Positions 7,165 through 14,684 of a DNA stretch of 18,704 nucleotides are shown piece by piece. Made by a program: the position numbers and the translations under genes. A model generated the notes under the pieces. That model saw only the letters and a program-made list of their open reading frames with translations, ran no database searches and was not told the origin of the DNA. Position 1 is the first letter of the stretch. Each line of letters opens with the position of its first letter. The stretch comes from a virus (taxonomy: Duplodnaviria > Heunggongvirae > Uroviricota > Caudoviricetes): the IMG/VR virus record IMGVR_UViG_3300000059_000086, positions 1 through 18,704 of that record; one strand, written 5' to 3'.

Positions 7165-8193
7165 ATGGGTGAACTAGTTATCTCCGGCGGTTCTGGCGGT
7201 TTTCTGCGCGATATTGGCACCGAATACCAGGAAGCTGCAAAAAACTTTATGCAGTTCATGAACGACCAGGGAGCTTATGCCCCAAATACACTTCGTGATC
7301 TCCGTCTGGTCTTTCATTCCTGGGCGCGGTGGTGTAATTCGCGCCAGCGCCCCTGGTTCCCGATTACGCCGGAAATGGCCCGCGAGTATCTTCTCCAGTT
7401 GCATGAAGCCGATCTGGCTTCGACCACCATTGATAAGCACTATGCCATGCTTAACATGCTGCTTTCGCAATGCGGCCTACCGCCGCTGTCAGACGATAAA
7501 AGTGTATCTCTGGCCATGCGGCGCATCCGGCGCGAAGCGGCAACGGAAAAAGGCGAGCGTACAGGCCAGGCTATACCGTTGCGGTGGGATGATCTGAAAT
7601 TGCTCGACGTATTGCTGTCCCGTTCCGAGCGGCTGGTGGACCTGCGCAATCGGGCGTTTCTCTTCGTGGCATACAATACCCTGATGCGTATGTCAGAAAT
7701 CTCGCGCATCCGTGTCGGAGATCTGGACCAAACAGGTGACACTGTAACGCTGCATATTTCACACACGAAGACCATCACGACCGCCGCCGGACTTGATAAG
7801 GTGCTTTCTCGTTGCACTACCGCCGTGCTAAACGACTGGCTGGAGGTGTCCGGACTTCGTGAACATCCGGACGCGGTGCTATTCCCGCCAATACACCGCA
7901 GTAATAAAGCCAGAATCACGACAACGCCTCTTACTGCTCCTGCGATGGAGAAAATATTCAGCGATGCCTGGGGATTGCTGAATAAGCGAGATGCCACGCC
8001 GAACAAAGGAAGATACCGGACGTGGACAGGTCATAGTGCGCGTGTTGGTGCGGCAATTGATATGGCTGAGAAACAGGTGTCAATGGTCGAGATCATGCAG
8101 GAAGGCACATGGAAAAAGCCCGAAACACTTATGCGATATTTGCGCCGTAGCGGGGCATCCGTTGGTGCAAATAGTCGCCTGATGGATTCCTGA
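7165..8193 (+). CDS. dre: Cre-family tyrosine recombinase, Dre-like (342 aa)
   Basis: Cre-like blocks along its length: WARWC, RNRAFLFVAYNTLMRMSEISRIRVGDL, HSARVGAAIDMA, and the tyrosine block ETLMRYLR; adjacent rox site. Confidence 0.93.
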   Translation: MGELVISGGSGGFLRDIGTEYQEAAKNFMQFMNDQGAYAPNTLRDLRLVFHSWARWCNSRQRPWFPITPEMAREYLLQLHEADLASTTIDKHYAMLNMLLSQCGLPPLSDDKSVSLAMRRIRREAATEKGERTGQAIPLRWDDLKLLDVLLSRSERLVDLRNRAFLFVAYNTLMRMSEISRIRVGDLDQTGDTVTLHISHTKTITTAAGLDKVLSRCTTAVLNDWLEVSGLREHPDAVLFPPIHRSNKARITTTPLTAPAMEKIFSDAWGLLNKRDATPNKGRYRTWTGHSARVGAAIDMAEKQVSMVEIMQEGTWKKPETLMRYLRRSGASVGANSRLMDS

Positions 8194-8206
8194 ATTAATT
8201 TTCTAA
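8194..8206 (-). promoter_or_regulatory. Operator-like 13-mer TTAGAAAATTAAT directly after the dre stop, upstream of the accessory operon
   Basis: Identical to the 13-mer at 2355-2367. Confidence 0.4.
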
Positions 8207-8235
8207 CAATCTTTTTAGACAGTGCATTTTAATGT

Positions 8236-8267
8236 AAAGTACCCTCGCCTATTGCGGAGGGTACTTT
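8236..8267. other. Perfect 11-bp-stem hairpin (AAAGTACCCTC-gcctattgcg-GAGGGTACTTT) between dre and the first operon gene
   Basis: Perfect inverted repeat; no T-run beyond the stem; the 3' stem arm overlaps the TTG start at 8266, so it could be a dre terminator or a translational/operator element. Confidence 0.45.
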
Positions 8268-8610
8268 GCACAATCGTATTACGGAATCAAAACGCTTCAC
8301 TGTTGACGGTTACACCATAACCTTCACTGCGGGCGTTAAGCGCGACCAGGCGGTCGTGGTGTTCGGTGTTATGACCGGACTTGATGCCGTTCCCGTGTTT
8401 ACCCTCGAAAAAAACTGGCGAAATCTGGAGGAAGCTGAACGCTACGTCCGGAAAGTAACCGTCATTGCTGCTGAAAAACTCCTGGCCCACTATCAGGAAA
8501 ATTATCGCGCTATGACCGAGAAAATTAACCATGTTTTCACTCGCCCCACCAGCGGCTTCATTGCCCCTGATGCGAATGCCGGGCGCTATCCGGCAAGGGG
8601 GCGCAAATGA
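8266..8610 (+). CDS. Hypothetical protein (114 aa if the TTG start is used)
   Basis: ORF begins at TTG inside the hairpin; first in-frame ATG is 35 codons downstream; stop overlaps the next start (ATGA). Confidence 0.45.
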   Translation: MHNRITESKRFTVDGYTITFTAGVKRDQAVVVFGVMTGLDAVPVFTLEKNWRNLEEAERYVRKVTVIAAEKLLAHYQENYRAMTEKINHVFTRPTSGFIAPDANAGRYPARGRK

Positions 8611-9095
8611 AAACTTACTACCCATCCCTGAACTGCTATCCAACCACTAATCCTGAGCTGTCAGGGAAACTTCTGTCCCTCCTGGCTGATAGTCCTGATG
8701 AATGGCATAAGCCTGGTGATATCAACACACAGTTCCCTGAGTACGGGTGTATCCGCACCCGAAATGAGCTGAAGAACCTCATTGCTCACGGTTTTGTCCG
8801 TCACCGTAGCGGGAAAGGCTATCAGTTGGCTATCCCACAAGGAGAGGCAAGAGAACTCTTTGGCTATCGAGAAAGCCAGACGCAAGCGCGGGTGATCGCA
8901 GAAATTATCCGTAATGGCAGCGTCTATGCCCGCAAATTCTGGCTGTCTGGCGGTGGCGATGCATCACAGTTCTTGCGTGCTGTGCGATCGCTGGAGGAAC
9001 AAGGTGTTATCGAGAATACCTGCGTCTCCGTTCCGACCGCTCCGCATATCAAACGCCGGATTTATACATTTACCCGGAGAGCTAAAAAGCAATGA
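8607..9095 (+). CDS. Hypothetical protein (162 aa), possibly tandem winged-helix-like
   Basis: AGGGGG RBS; segments LIAHGFVRHRSGKGYQL and LRAVRSLEEQGVI look like winged-helix recognition regions; weak inference. Confidence 0.55.
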   Translation: MKTYYPSLNCYPTTNPELSGKLLSLLADSPDEWHKPGDINTQFPEYGCIRTRNELKNLIAHGFVRHRSGKGYQLAIPQGEARELFGYRESQTQARVIAEIIRNGSVYARKFWLSGGGDASQFLRAVRSLEEQGVIENTCVSVPTAPHIKRRIYTFTRRAKKQ

Positions 9096-9586
9096 TTAAC
9101 GTGAAAGTGAAACGCCTTCATCCGGCGGCAAAACTCCCCGTTTACGCCACCGCCGGATCGGCGGCGATGGATTTTGTTGCTGTTGAAATAACGCCTGGTA
9201 TCGATAGCAATGGCGCTATTTCCTCAAGCTGGTGGGTGCATACCGGCCTCGCTATGGCGATCCCTCCTGGTTGGTGTCTGAAACTTTATCCTCGTTCCGG
9301 ATTGGGCTGCAAAAAGCATACGCGCCTGGCTAACTGCGTAGGAATTATCGACGCCGATTATCGCGGTGAAATCATGGCAAAACTGATTACAGATCCCGGT
9401 GGTGAAGGTGTTTGCCTCAAGCCTGGAATGGCGGTCATGCAAGGCATTTTTGAGCGTGTTGAACCGGTATCGCTGGTAGAAGTTGATGAACTCGATGAAA
9501 CAGAGCGAGGTGCTGGTGGTTTTGGTAGCACATCGGAAGGCCGCGTTGAAATCAAGCGTACACCGCTTCAGTACGAAAAGTTTTAA
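9092..9586 (+). CDS. dut: dUTPase (trimeric Dut family)
   Basis: All five dUTPase motifs present: AGSAAMDF, PRSGLG, GIIDADYRGEI, and C-terminal RGAGGFGSTS. Confidence 0.9.
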   Translation: MINVKVKRLHPAAKLPVYATAGSAAMDFVAVEITPGIDSNGAISSSWWVHTGLAMAIPPGWCLKLYPRSGLGCKKHTRLANCVGIIDADYRGEIMAKLITDPGGEGVCLKPGMAVMQGIFERVEPVSLVEVDELDETERGAGGFGSTSEGRVEIKRTPLQYEKF

Positions 9587-9600
9587 GTAGAGGAAGGATT

Positions 9601-10263
9601 ATGGTCAGCACTTTTCAGGTGTTCCCCAAATACAAATGCCACAGCATCATTCGGGCATCGAAAATCAAAGATATTGTTATTGTCGGCGAAGATTATGCGC
9701 CCATTTTTGGCAGTATCGAAGTCGTTGAGCCAAAAGGAATGACGCTTCGTGTTGATGGTGTGTTCTTGGAAAAATTCCGCCCGCAAATAGGAGGATATCT
9801 CGTCACTGCTGAAAATGGCTATCTGGTCTATGTGCCAGAGAAAGCATTTGAAAAATGCTATAGCCGGGTTAACGACGCCTTCGAAAATGGGACATTGCTC
9901 AGCATTGAAGGTCACAATGGGGTGACATTCATTACAGCCAGGGACGTAACTATTTCTGCTGGCGGTATCGCTACTCTACAAGAAGAAATCGACCTTGAAG
10001 CAGCCGACTTTTCTGACGCGCTGATGTGGCTGAAGGATGGCAAGAAAGTTGCTCGACGCGGGTGGAACGGCGAAAACCAATTCTGCTGGCTGGTTCCTGA
10101 AGGACAGTACCCGGCACGAATGGAAGCCATTAAGGGATATTTCCCCGGCGACCTCGTTCCGTATGGTGCTTATTTCGCCTTAAAAAATGCACAAGGTGTA
10201 GTTGTTCCGTGGGTGCCTTCAGTTGGCGACCTGCTGGCCTGTGACTGGTTTGTTGTGGAGTGA
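9601..10263 (+). CDS. Two-domain protein (220 aa): unknown N-terminal domain fused to a C-terminal DUF2829/Tad2-like domain
   Basis: AGGAAGG RBS; C-terminal blocks ALMWLKDGKKVARRGWNGEN and PWVPSVGDLLACDWFVV match the remembered DUF2829 signature. Confidence 0.7.
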   Translation: MVSTFQVFPKYKCHSIIRASKIKDIVIVGEDYAPIFGSIEVVEPKGMTLRVDGVFLEKFRPQIGGYLVTAENGYLVYVPEKAFEKCYSRVNDAFENGTLLSIEGHNGVTFITARDVTISAGGIATLQEEIDLEAADFSDALMWLKDGKKVARRGWNGENQFCWLVPEGQYPARMEAIKGYFPGDLVPYGAYFALKNAQGVVVPWVPSVGDLLACDWFVVE

Positions 10264-10269
10264 TTTAAC

Positions 10270-11076
10270 GTGGAAAATACCAAAAACATTCAATATCGCC
10301 TGCGTAACGGCCTGCTGGTGGATGTAAACGATGATATGTCCCTGCCCTTTGCCACCATTGAGCGAACCATCCTTACATACCTGGGCTTAGACGAAGAGTT
10401 AGATAGTGAGAATGGCATTGCTATCTGGCGTGACGGAAAAACGGGAGTCAGACGTTTTATTACGGCAAGAGGCATTCAGTGCACACAGGAAGAATTGTTT
10501 GAACTGGCGCAGTCTTATGGATGCATCGCGTTAGATCCCCTGTATGACCCAGCCATAGCACAACAACTCATTCGAGAGCTGTCGCTTTCGGTCACGCCAA
10601 TAATCTTCCGCCAGGGAACCTTAACCGGCACATGGCGTGTAGAACGCATCTCTAAATATCAGCCATATAATATCCATTTGAACGGCACTATTACTGGTGT
10701 GGATCAACCAGTAGCAGGTGAAAACAAAGACCTGGAACTTGCAGTAATGATGGCCGCTTGTCGCGTGCTTGGCCTGGGCAAGCAGATGTTTATCCATTTC
10801 CCAAACGGCGCGGAAGGCGAAGTAGACCTGATTTCCTGCGACTTTTCCTTAACCTGGATGCTTGATGAATTCCTGGACAAAACAGTATTCCGTGCTGAAG
10901 AACTGGATATGTATGTCACCTCAAGTATTCCTAATGACGTGAAAGTTGAGGCCATCGCTACAGCCAGGGCGAAATGCCGTGCGGCGATTGCAGAACAGGC
11001 CAAAGAAGAACAGTCCGATGAAGTCGCGGCAGATGTGGAGGCAGAGGTAGCGGAGGATGCTGATGCTGACGCCTAA
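10270..11076 (+). CDS. Hypothetical protein (268 aa) with acidic C-terminal tail, coupled to the terminase-like paralogue
   Basis: GTG start with GGAG upstream; tail EVAADVEAEVAEDADADA resembles the acidic tail of PacA; 3' end overlaps the next gene. Confidence 0.6.
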   Translation: MENTKNIQYRLRNGLLVDVNDDMSLPFATIERTILTYLGLDEELDSENGIAIWRDGKTGVRRFITARGIQCTQEELFELAQSYGCIALDPLYDPAIAQQLIRELSLSVTPIIFRQGTLTGTWRVERISKYQPYNIHLNGTITGVDQPVAGENKDLELAVMMAACRVLGLGKQMFIHFPNGAEGEVDLISCDFSLTWMLDEFLDKTVFRAEELDMYVTSSIPNDVKVEAIATARAKCRAAIAEQAKEEQSDEVAADVEAEVAEDADADA

Positions 11077-12163
11077 AAACATCACCGAATTACCAGAGTG
11101 GAGAGAGCTGGTAAGCAAATATAGCCATGACTGGGCATTAGCAGCAGAAGAGTTGATGGGGGTTAAGTTAACCCACCAGCAAAAATTAATTGTTGAAGCG
11201 ATTCAACAAAAAGGTTCAGCAGTCAGCGTTACCACACCGACTGGGATAGGACATAAGTCTGCTCTGGCTATCATTTGTATCCTTTATACGATCCTGATGC
11301 CTGAGTCTAAAACGGTCATGGTCGCTCCAGACTTTGAGCGTAATGGAATGGTAACTCTCTCACTCATGAATATGTATTGGGAGAAAGCTAATACAAAAGC
11401 GCCATTACTGGGAGAGTATTTTCAAATCGACCAAAATGGCCTCAATCATCGTTACCAAAAATCTTGGGGCTGCGAAATTAAACCATATCGCCTAAATTAT
11501 GAGGAAGATGTAGCCGGATATTATGCTGAACATCTTTTGATCATTGTTATGGACGCGGCTCTTGTAAGCTATCGGCTATTCGGGATGTTAAGAGCATCTT
11601 TAGTGAGTGACGATTCACGTATACTTTTAATGTCCGCTCCTCCAGAGGAGGAACATGGACACTTTTACGATTCCCATCATGGTCGTGCAAAAACTGAAGA
11701 AAATCCATGTGGTATTTATACAGCCATCAAGCTGAACGCAGAAGAATCACCTCTGCTTACTCAAGATTATCTTGATGGGATTGCAGAAATGTATGGTGGT
11801 AAAATCGGCGATGATTACCGTCGCATGGTTCTTGGTGAGTTCCCGGGTATTCGGGAGGCTGTTCTTGAATCAGATATGCCGAAAACAATGCGCTTTTCGA
11901 TGCCTGATGGTAGTGAATGGACAATGCCATTACAAGTGATAGCCCGGCATCATGCACAGCACCACGCAAAAAAACATGGCGTTACAACATTAGAGTGGTT
12001 GAAATCGCACACCATTCCACTCTTCACTGCAGATCACAATGCTATCGTTGAGTGGGCAAAAACAATTCCGTGGGAGAATGTCGCTGAATACGCCCACATG
12101 CTAAAACCGCCGAAAGACAGGCAAGAAATTAGCTGGCTGACAGCAGAAAAAATCATTGAGTGA
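11063..12163 (+). CDS. Terminase-large-subunit ATPase-domain paralogue with degenerate Walker motifs and no nuclease domain (about 366 aa)
   Basis: Shares blocks with PacB (AEHLL, HxFY[DE]SHHxRAKxExNP, TAIxLNxEESP, YGG, VLGxFP), but the P-loop is PTGIGHKS, Walker B is IIVMDAA, and the C-terminal ~100 aa are unrelated to the PacB nuclease half; ATG at 11063 has better RBS spacing than 11057. Confidence 0.8.
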   Translation: MLTPKNITELPEWRELVSKYSHDWALAAEELMGVKLTHQQKLIVEAIQQKGSAVSVTTPTGIGHKSALAIICILYTILMPESKTVMVAPDFERNGMVTLSLMNMYWEKANTKAPLLGEYFQIDQNGLNHRYQKSWGCEIKPYRLNYEEDVAGYYAEHLLIIVMDAALVSYRLFGMLRASLVSDDSRILLMSAPPEEEHGHFYDSHHGRAKTEENPCGIYTAIKLNAEESPLLTQDYLDGIAEMYGGKIGDDYRRMVLGEFPGIREAVLESDMPKTMRFSMPDGSEWTMPLQVIARHHAQHHAKKHGVTTLEWLKSHTIPLFTADHNAIVEWAKTIPWENVAEYAHMLKPPKDRQEISWLTAEKIIE

Positions 12164-12170
12164 TAGTAGG

Positions 12171-12200
12171 AAGCCCGCCTGGTTGAGCGGGCTTCTTTTC
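12171..12200 (+). terminator. Rho-independent terminator (AAGCCCGC-ctggttga-GCGGGCTT followed by CTTTTC)
   Basis: 8-bp GC-rich stem and T-run immediately after the operon stop; sits between convergent operons. Confidence 0.7.
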
Positions 12201-12579
12201 AAATATTGGAACCATATAGTTCACGTAGTTTCTCCGCTACTGAAGATACGGGGATTTCACCAGTTGCAGCCCCAACCGCAAGTTCCACCAGCACGGGAGA
12301 ATCATATACCTGTATACCGTTACGGCGTAGAAATAGCAGCGCACTGTTTAGCGCGGTACGCTTATTGGCATCATTGAATATATGCCCTCTCGCAGTAGCC
12401 ACCAGGTAGGTGGCGGAGACTTCGAAAAGGTCGGTGATCTCTTCGTAGGCAACTCTGGCCTGAACTCTCCCGATAATGGCCTCTGCCCTACCCGGATCTG
12501 ACATTCCCGGCAGGCCGCCGTAGCGGTTTATATTCGCATCATGAAGCGCAATAAGTTCTTCCGGTGATATATGCCTCAT
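12199..12579 (-). CDS. doc: Doc toxin (Fic/Doc family kinase) of the phd-doc addiction module
   Basis: Doc signature [11 protein letters not shown]; near-identical in character to P1 Doc; start overlaps the phd stop (TAATG). Confidence 0.93.
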   Translation of the reverse strand: MRHISPEELIALHDANINRYGGLPGMSDPGRAEAIIGRVQARVAYEEITDLFEVSATYLVATARGHIFNDANKRTALNSALLFLRRNGIQVYDSPVLVELAVGAATGEIPVSSVAEKLRELYGSNI

Positions 12580-12800
12580 TATCGGTTAACCAGTTCCTTG
12601 TTGGTGGAGTCCAGAGTGTCAAACAGGGATGCAAATTCGGCATCCAGCGCCGCTTTTTTGTAGGCTTCAAAAGTAGCCTTGTTGACAATTACTGCTGGCT
12701 CACGGCCTCTGCGGGTGATTTCAACCTCTTCCCCGGCTTCAACATTGTTGAGCACTTCAGAAAGGTTGCCGCGCGCGGTACGGAAGTTAATGGATTGCAT
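12579..12800 (-). CDS. phd: Phd antitoxin
   Basis: Protein [39 protein letters not shown]... matches P1 Phd as remembered; GAGGTG RBS; start taken at the ATG two codons inside the track ORF. Confidence 0.93.
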   Translation of the reverse strand: MQSINFRTARGNLSEVLNNVEAGEEVEITRRGREPAVIVNKATFEAYKKAALDAEFASLFDTLDSTNKELVNR

Positions 12801-12807
12801 AAACACC

Positions 12808-12832
12808 TCGTGTACTCGTTATGTGTACACAA
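12808..12832. promoter_or_regulatory. phd-doc promoter/operator region with GTGTAC-containing palindromes (CGTGTACTCG ... TGTGTACACA)
   Basis: Palindromic GTGTACAC immediately upstream of the phd start; consistent with autoregulation by Phd/Doc. Confidence 0.45.
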
Positions 12833-12872
12833 CTATAAACTTCACAGGCATAAAGCACCAGCACTTTGCAGC

Positions 12873-13262
12873 TTAAATCACCGGACAATCATCAAATTCC
12901 CCACTTCGGGCATCATTGATGACATGAGTGATCACACCAAAAACAGCATTACTGCCCGTGTATCCATCGTCATCTACTGGTAACGCCTCTTTCTTCCCGG
13001 TTCTTAAATCCTCCAGGTGCTGGCGCGGATACTTCCGGTATCTTTTTACGCGATATTCCCCCTCCATAGCGCATATAAGCAGTGAACCATCAACCGGAGT
13101 AAGTGAGGAATCAACCACCAGCAAAGCACCCTGCAATATTCCCTCACGGTGATGGCTGTCTGCCGCCCGCATGAAGTAGGTTGCTGAAGGATGTCTGATT
13201 AGTTGCTGATCAAGAGAAATACGGCTCTCTGCATAATCCGCCGCAGGAGAAGGGAAGCCCAT
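12873..13262 (-). CDS. humD: HumD, UmuD'-like SOS mutagenesis protein (S24 peptidase fold)
   Basis: GFPSPAADYxExRIxLxQxLIxHPSATYF block typical of UmuD; begins at the position equivalent to processed UmuD'. Confidence 0.88.
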   Translation of the reverse strand: MGFPSPAADYAESRISLDQQLIRHPSATYFMRAADSHHREGILQGALLVVDSSLTPVDGSLLICAMEGEYRVKRYRKYPRQHLEDLRTGKKEALPVDDDGYTGSNAVFGVITHVINDARSGEFDDCPVI

Positions 13263-13280
13263 AGCGTTTTACCTCAATAA

Positions 13281-13300
13281 TACTGTTTATTCATACAGTA
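13281..13300. promoter_or_regulatory. LexA (SOS) box TACTGT-TTATTCAT-ACAGTA upstream of humD
   Basis: Exact CTGT-N8-ACAG with flanking TA/TA, 19 bp upstream of the humD start. Confidence 0.7.
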
Positions 13301-13326
13301 TACATTGAAAAGGCATAGTTTGTGAA

Positions 13327-13352
13327 AGCGGGGTTTGTACGCGCGCCCCGCT
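13327..13352 (-). terminator. Hairpin (AGCGGGG-loop-CCCCGCT) just downstream of the lxr-like stop
   Basis: 7-bp GC stem; no clear U-tract, so possibly a partial terminator or RNA-processing structure. Confidence 0.3.
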
Positions 13353-13357
13353 GGGGG

Positions 13358-13753
13358 CTAATCACATTGGTGTGTGGACTTACCATTCATATATTGCAAA
13401 ATGCTTGATTCGATTTTTTCATTAAAATCATAATGATGCTCCTCAAGGACAAAGCGCGCCTTATTGTTGCGCACAATAACCTCCGCCAACGGCTTAACCA
13501 GAGATGTGGAGTTAGAGATTTTCTCGGCGCGCTCTACATCGCTTTTAAACGTTACGATGAAGTGCTGGTGGCCTGGTGACCGGCGACACAACATGCGTCG
13601 CACTTCCACGGTATCTTCACGGCCTTGGGTATGTACAGGAAAGCTATCAACCACCGCTGTATTGGTGCGGATTGTCTGCATAGAACGCGTGTTGTCGTGA
13701 TAGTTAAGCATGTTTAATGTCTCCCCCATCTTGCCGTTATTTTTTTGGTGCAT
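13358..13753 (-). CDS. lxr: Lxr-like protein (position as P1 lxr between hot and humD)
   Basis: Synteny hot-lxr-humD-phd-doc as in P1; start uncertain (13753 overlaps the hot 3' end; alternatives at 13729 or 13711). Confidence 0.55.
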   Translation of the reverse strand: MHQKNNGKMGETLNMLNYHDNTRSMQTIRTNTAVVDSFPVHTQGREDTVEVRRMLCRRSPGHQHFIVTFKSDVERAEKISNSTSLVKPLAEVIVRNNKARFVLEEHHYDFNEKIESSILQYMNGKSTHQCD

Positions 13754-13988
13754 CCTCGTTCTGATACACCGGATCGCTCCCTTTTGGCAACTGGAGGCTT
13801 AACTGCCGGTAGTGCCGTAGCCGTTCCATGAAATAGGCGCGCAGGTTTTCCGGTTGCTCACGGGCCACCTGCTCTGCAATCACAGGTATATTCAGCCGTT
13901 CTTTGTAAGCAACGCCGCTGGCGGCAAGGTCTACGTTCACCTTGTCTCGCTCTTCCTGGCTTTTAGCTGCTATATTTCGATCTGACAC
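13737..13988 (-). CDS. hot: Hot, homologue of DNA polymerase III theta subunit (HolE)
   Basis: Block [36 protein letters not shown] parallels E. coli theta; GTG start with perfect AGGAGG RBS at 7-nt spacing. Confidence 0.88.
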   Translation of the reverse strand: MSDRNIAAKSQEERDKVNVDLAASGVAYKERLNIPVIAEQVAREQPENLRAYFMERLRHYRQLSLQLPKGSDPVYQNEDAPKK

Positions 13989-14020
13989 AAGAAACCTCCT
14001 GGAGTTAGTGGATCAGGCAC

Positions 14021-14371
14021 ATGCACAATAACGTTCTCAATGTTAGCCGTTCAATTCAGACAATCAGAGACTGCACCAGTGTGGTGGCATCAATCCCATT
14101 GCGAAACAGCATAGACGAACTGCAAATTCGTGTATTGAATCTGAGTCAGGCTAATAAGCAATTGCGCTTTATTTTGACGCTGAAAAGTGAAACAGAGGGG
14201 ATAAAGCACAGCGTAAAAGTGTTTTCTGAGGCCATTCTGCTTAATGGGAAGCTCCGGCATCTGGTAAGGCCAGAACGTCAATATCCTGACGTCCTGACGC
14301 GTGAAAAAGCCCTTCTTTCTGAAGTTCAGGATAGGGTGATCGATTTCGTTAAATCTCATCCCCTGCATTGA
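14021..14371 (+). CDS. Paralogue of the lxr-like protein (116 aa), divergently oriented
   Basis: Shared pattern S[MI]QTIR..T.VV.S.P and FI[VL]T[FL]KS[DE] with the 13358-13753 product. Confidence 0.5.
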   Translation: MHNNVLNVSRSIQTIRDCTSVVASIPLRNSIDELQIRVLNLSQANKQLRFILTLKSETEGIKHSVKVFSEAILLNGKLRHLVRPERQYPDVLTREKALLSEVQDRVIDFVKSHPLH

Positions 14372-14410
14372 GAGCAGGTGTTCCTATTTGTAACAAAAAT
14401 GCCACTGGCA

Positions 14411-14677
14411 TTATGGTTCGCATTTCCAAATGGTGTTCTGAACTCCCGTACCGGGCGCGAGATGGGGATTAGCGTTCGCGCTATGCTGATATACAGCTTT
14501 AGACTTCCCATATTGCTGACAGGCTTTATCTGCGGTTTTTTGCAGGCTATCCAAGCCATACCAACCATCTGACTGAATACTAACCTTTTCGCCGTCATTG
14601 TACTGCACCATAGCACACCCAGACATAGCCAACATCGCGCCGATAATAACGCTTTTCCATAAAACTCTATGCAACAT
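14411..14677 (-). CDS. Small lipoprotein (88 aa)
   Basis: Signal peptide MLHRVLWKSVIIGAMLAMSG followed by Cys (lipobox-like MSGC); ATG at 14677. Confidence 0.55.
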   Translation of the reverse strand: MLHRVLWKSVIIGAMLAMSGCAMVQYNDGEKVSIQSDGWYGLDSLQKTADKACQQYGKSKAVYQHSANANPHLAPGTGVQNTIWKCEP

Positions 14678-14684
14678 ATACAAA

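Noticed and set aside
7174-8182. Track ORFs overlapping the recombinase gene (7174..7470 and 7440..8006 minus; 7277..7597 and 7991..8182 plus)
   Set aside because: The recombinase frame is strongly supported by Cre-family motifs; the overlapping frames are shadow ORFs.
12206-13152. Plus-strand track ORFs across the doc/phd/humD region (12206..12409, 12564..12983, 12679..12876, 12928..13152)
   Set aside because: The minus-strand genes here match P1 Doc, Phd and UmuD-like HumD; the plus-strand frames are antisense artefacts.
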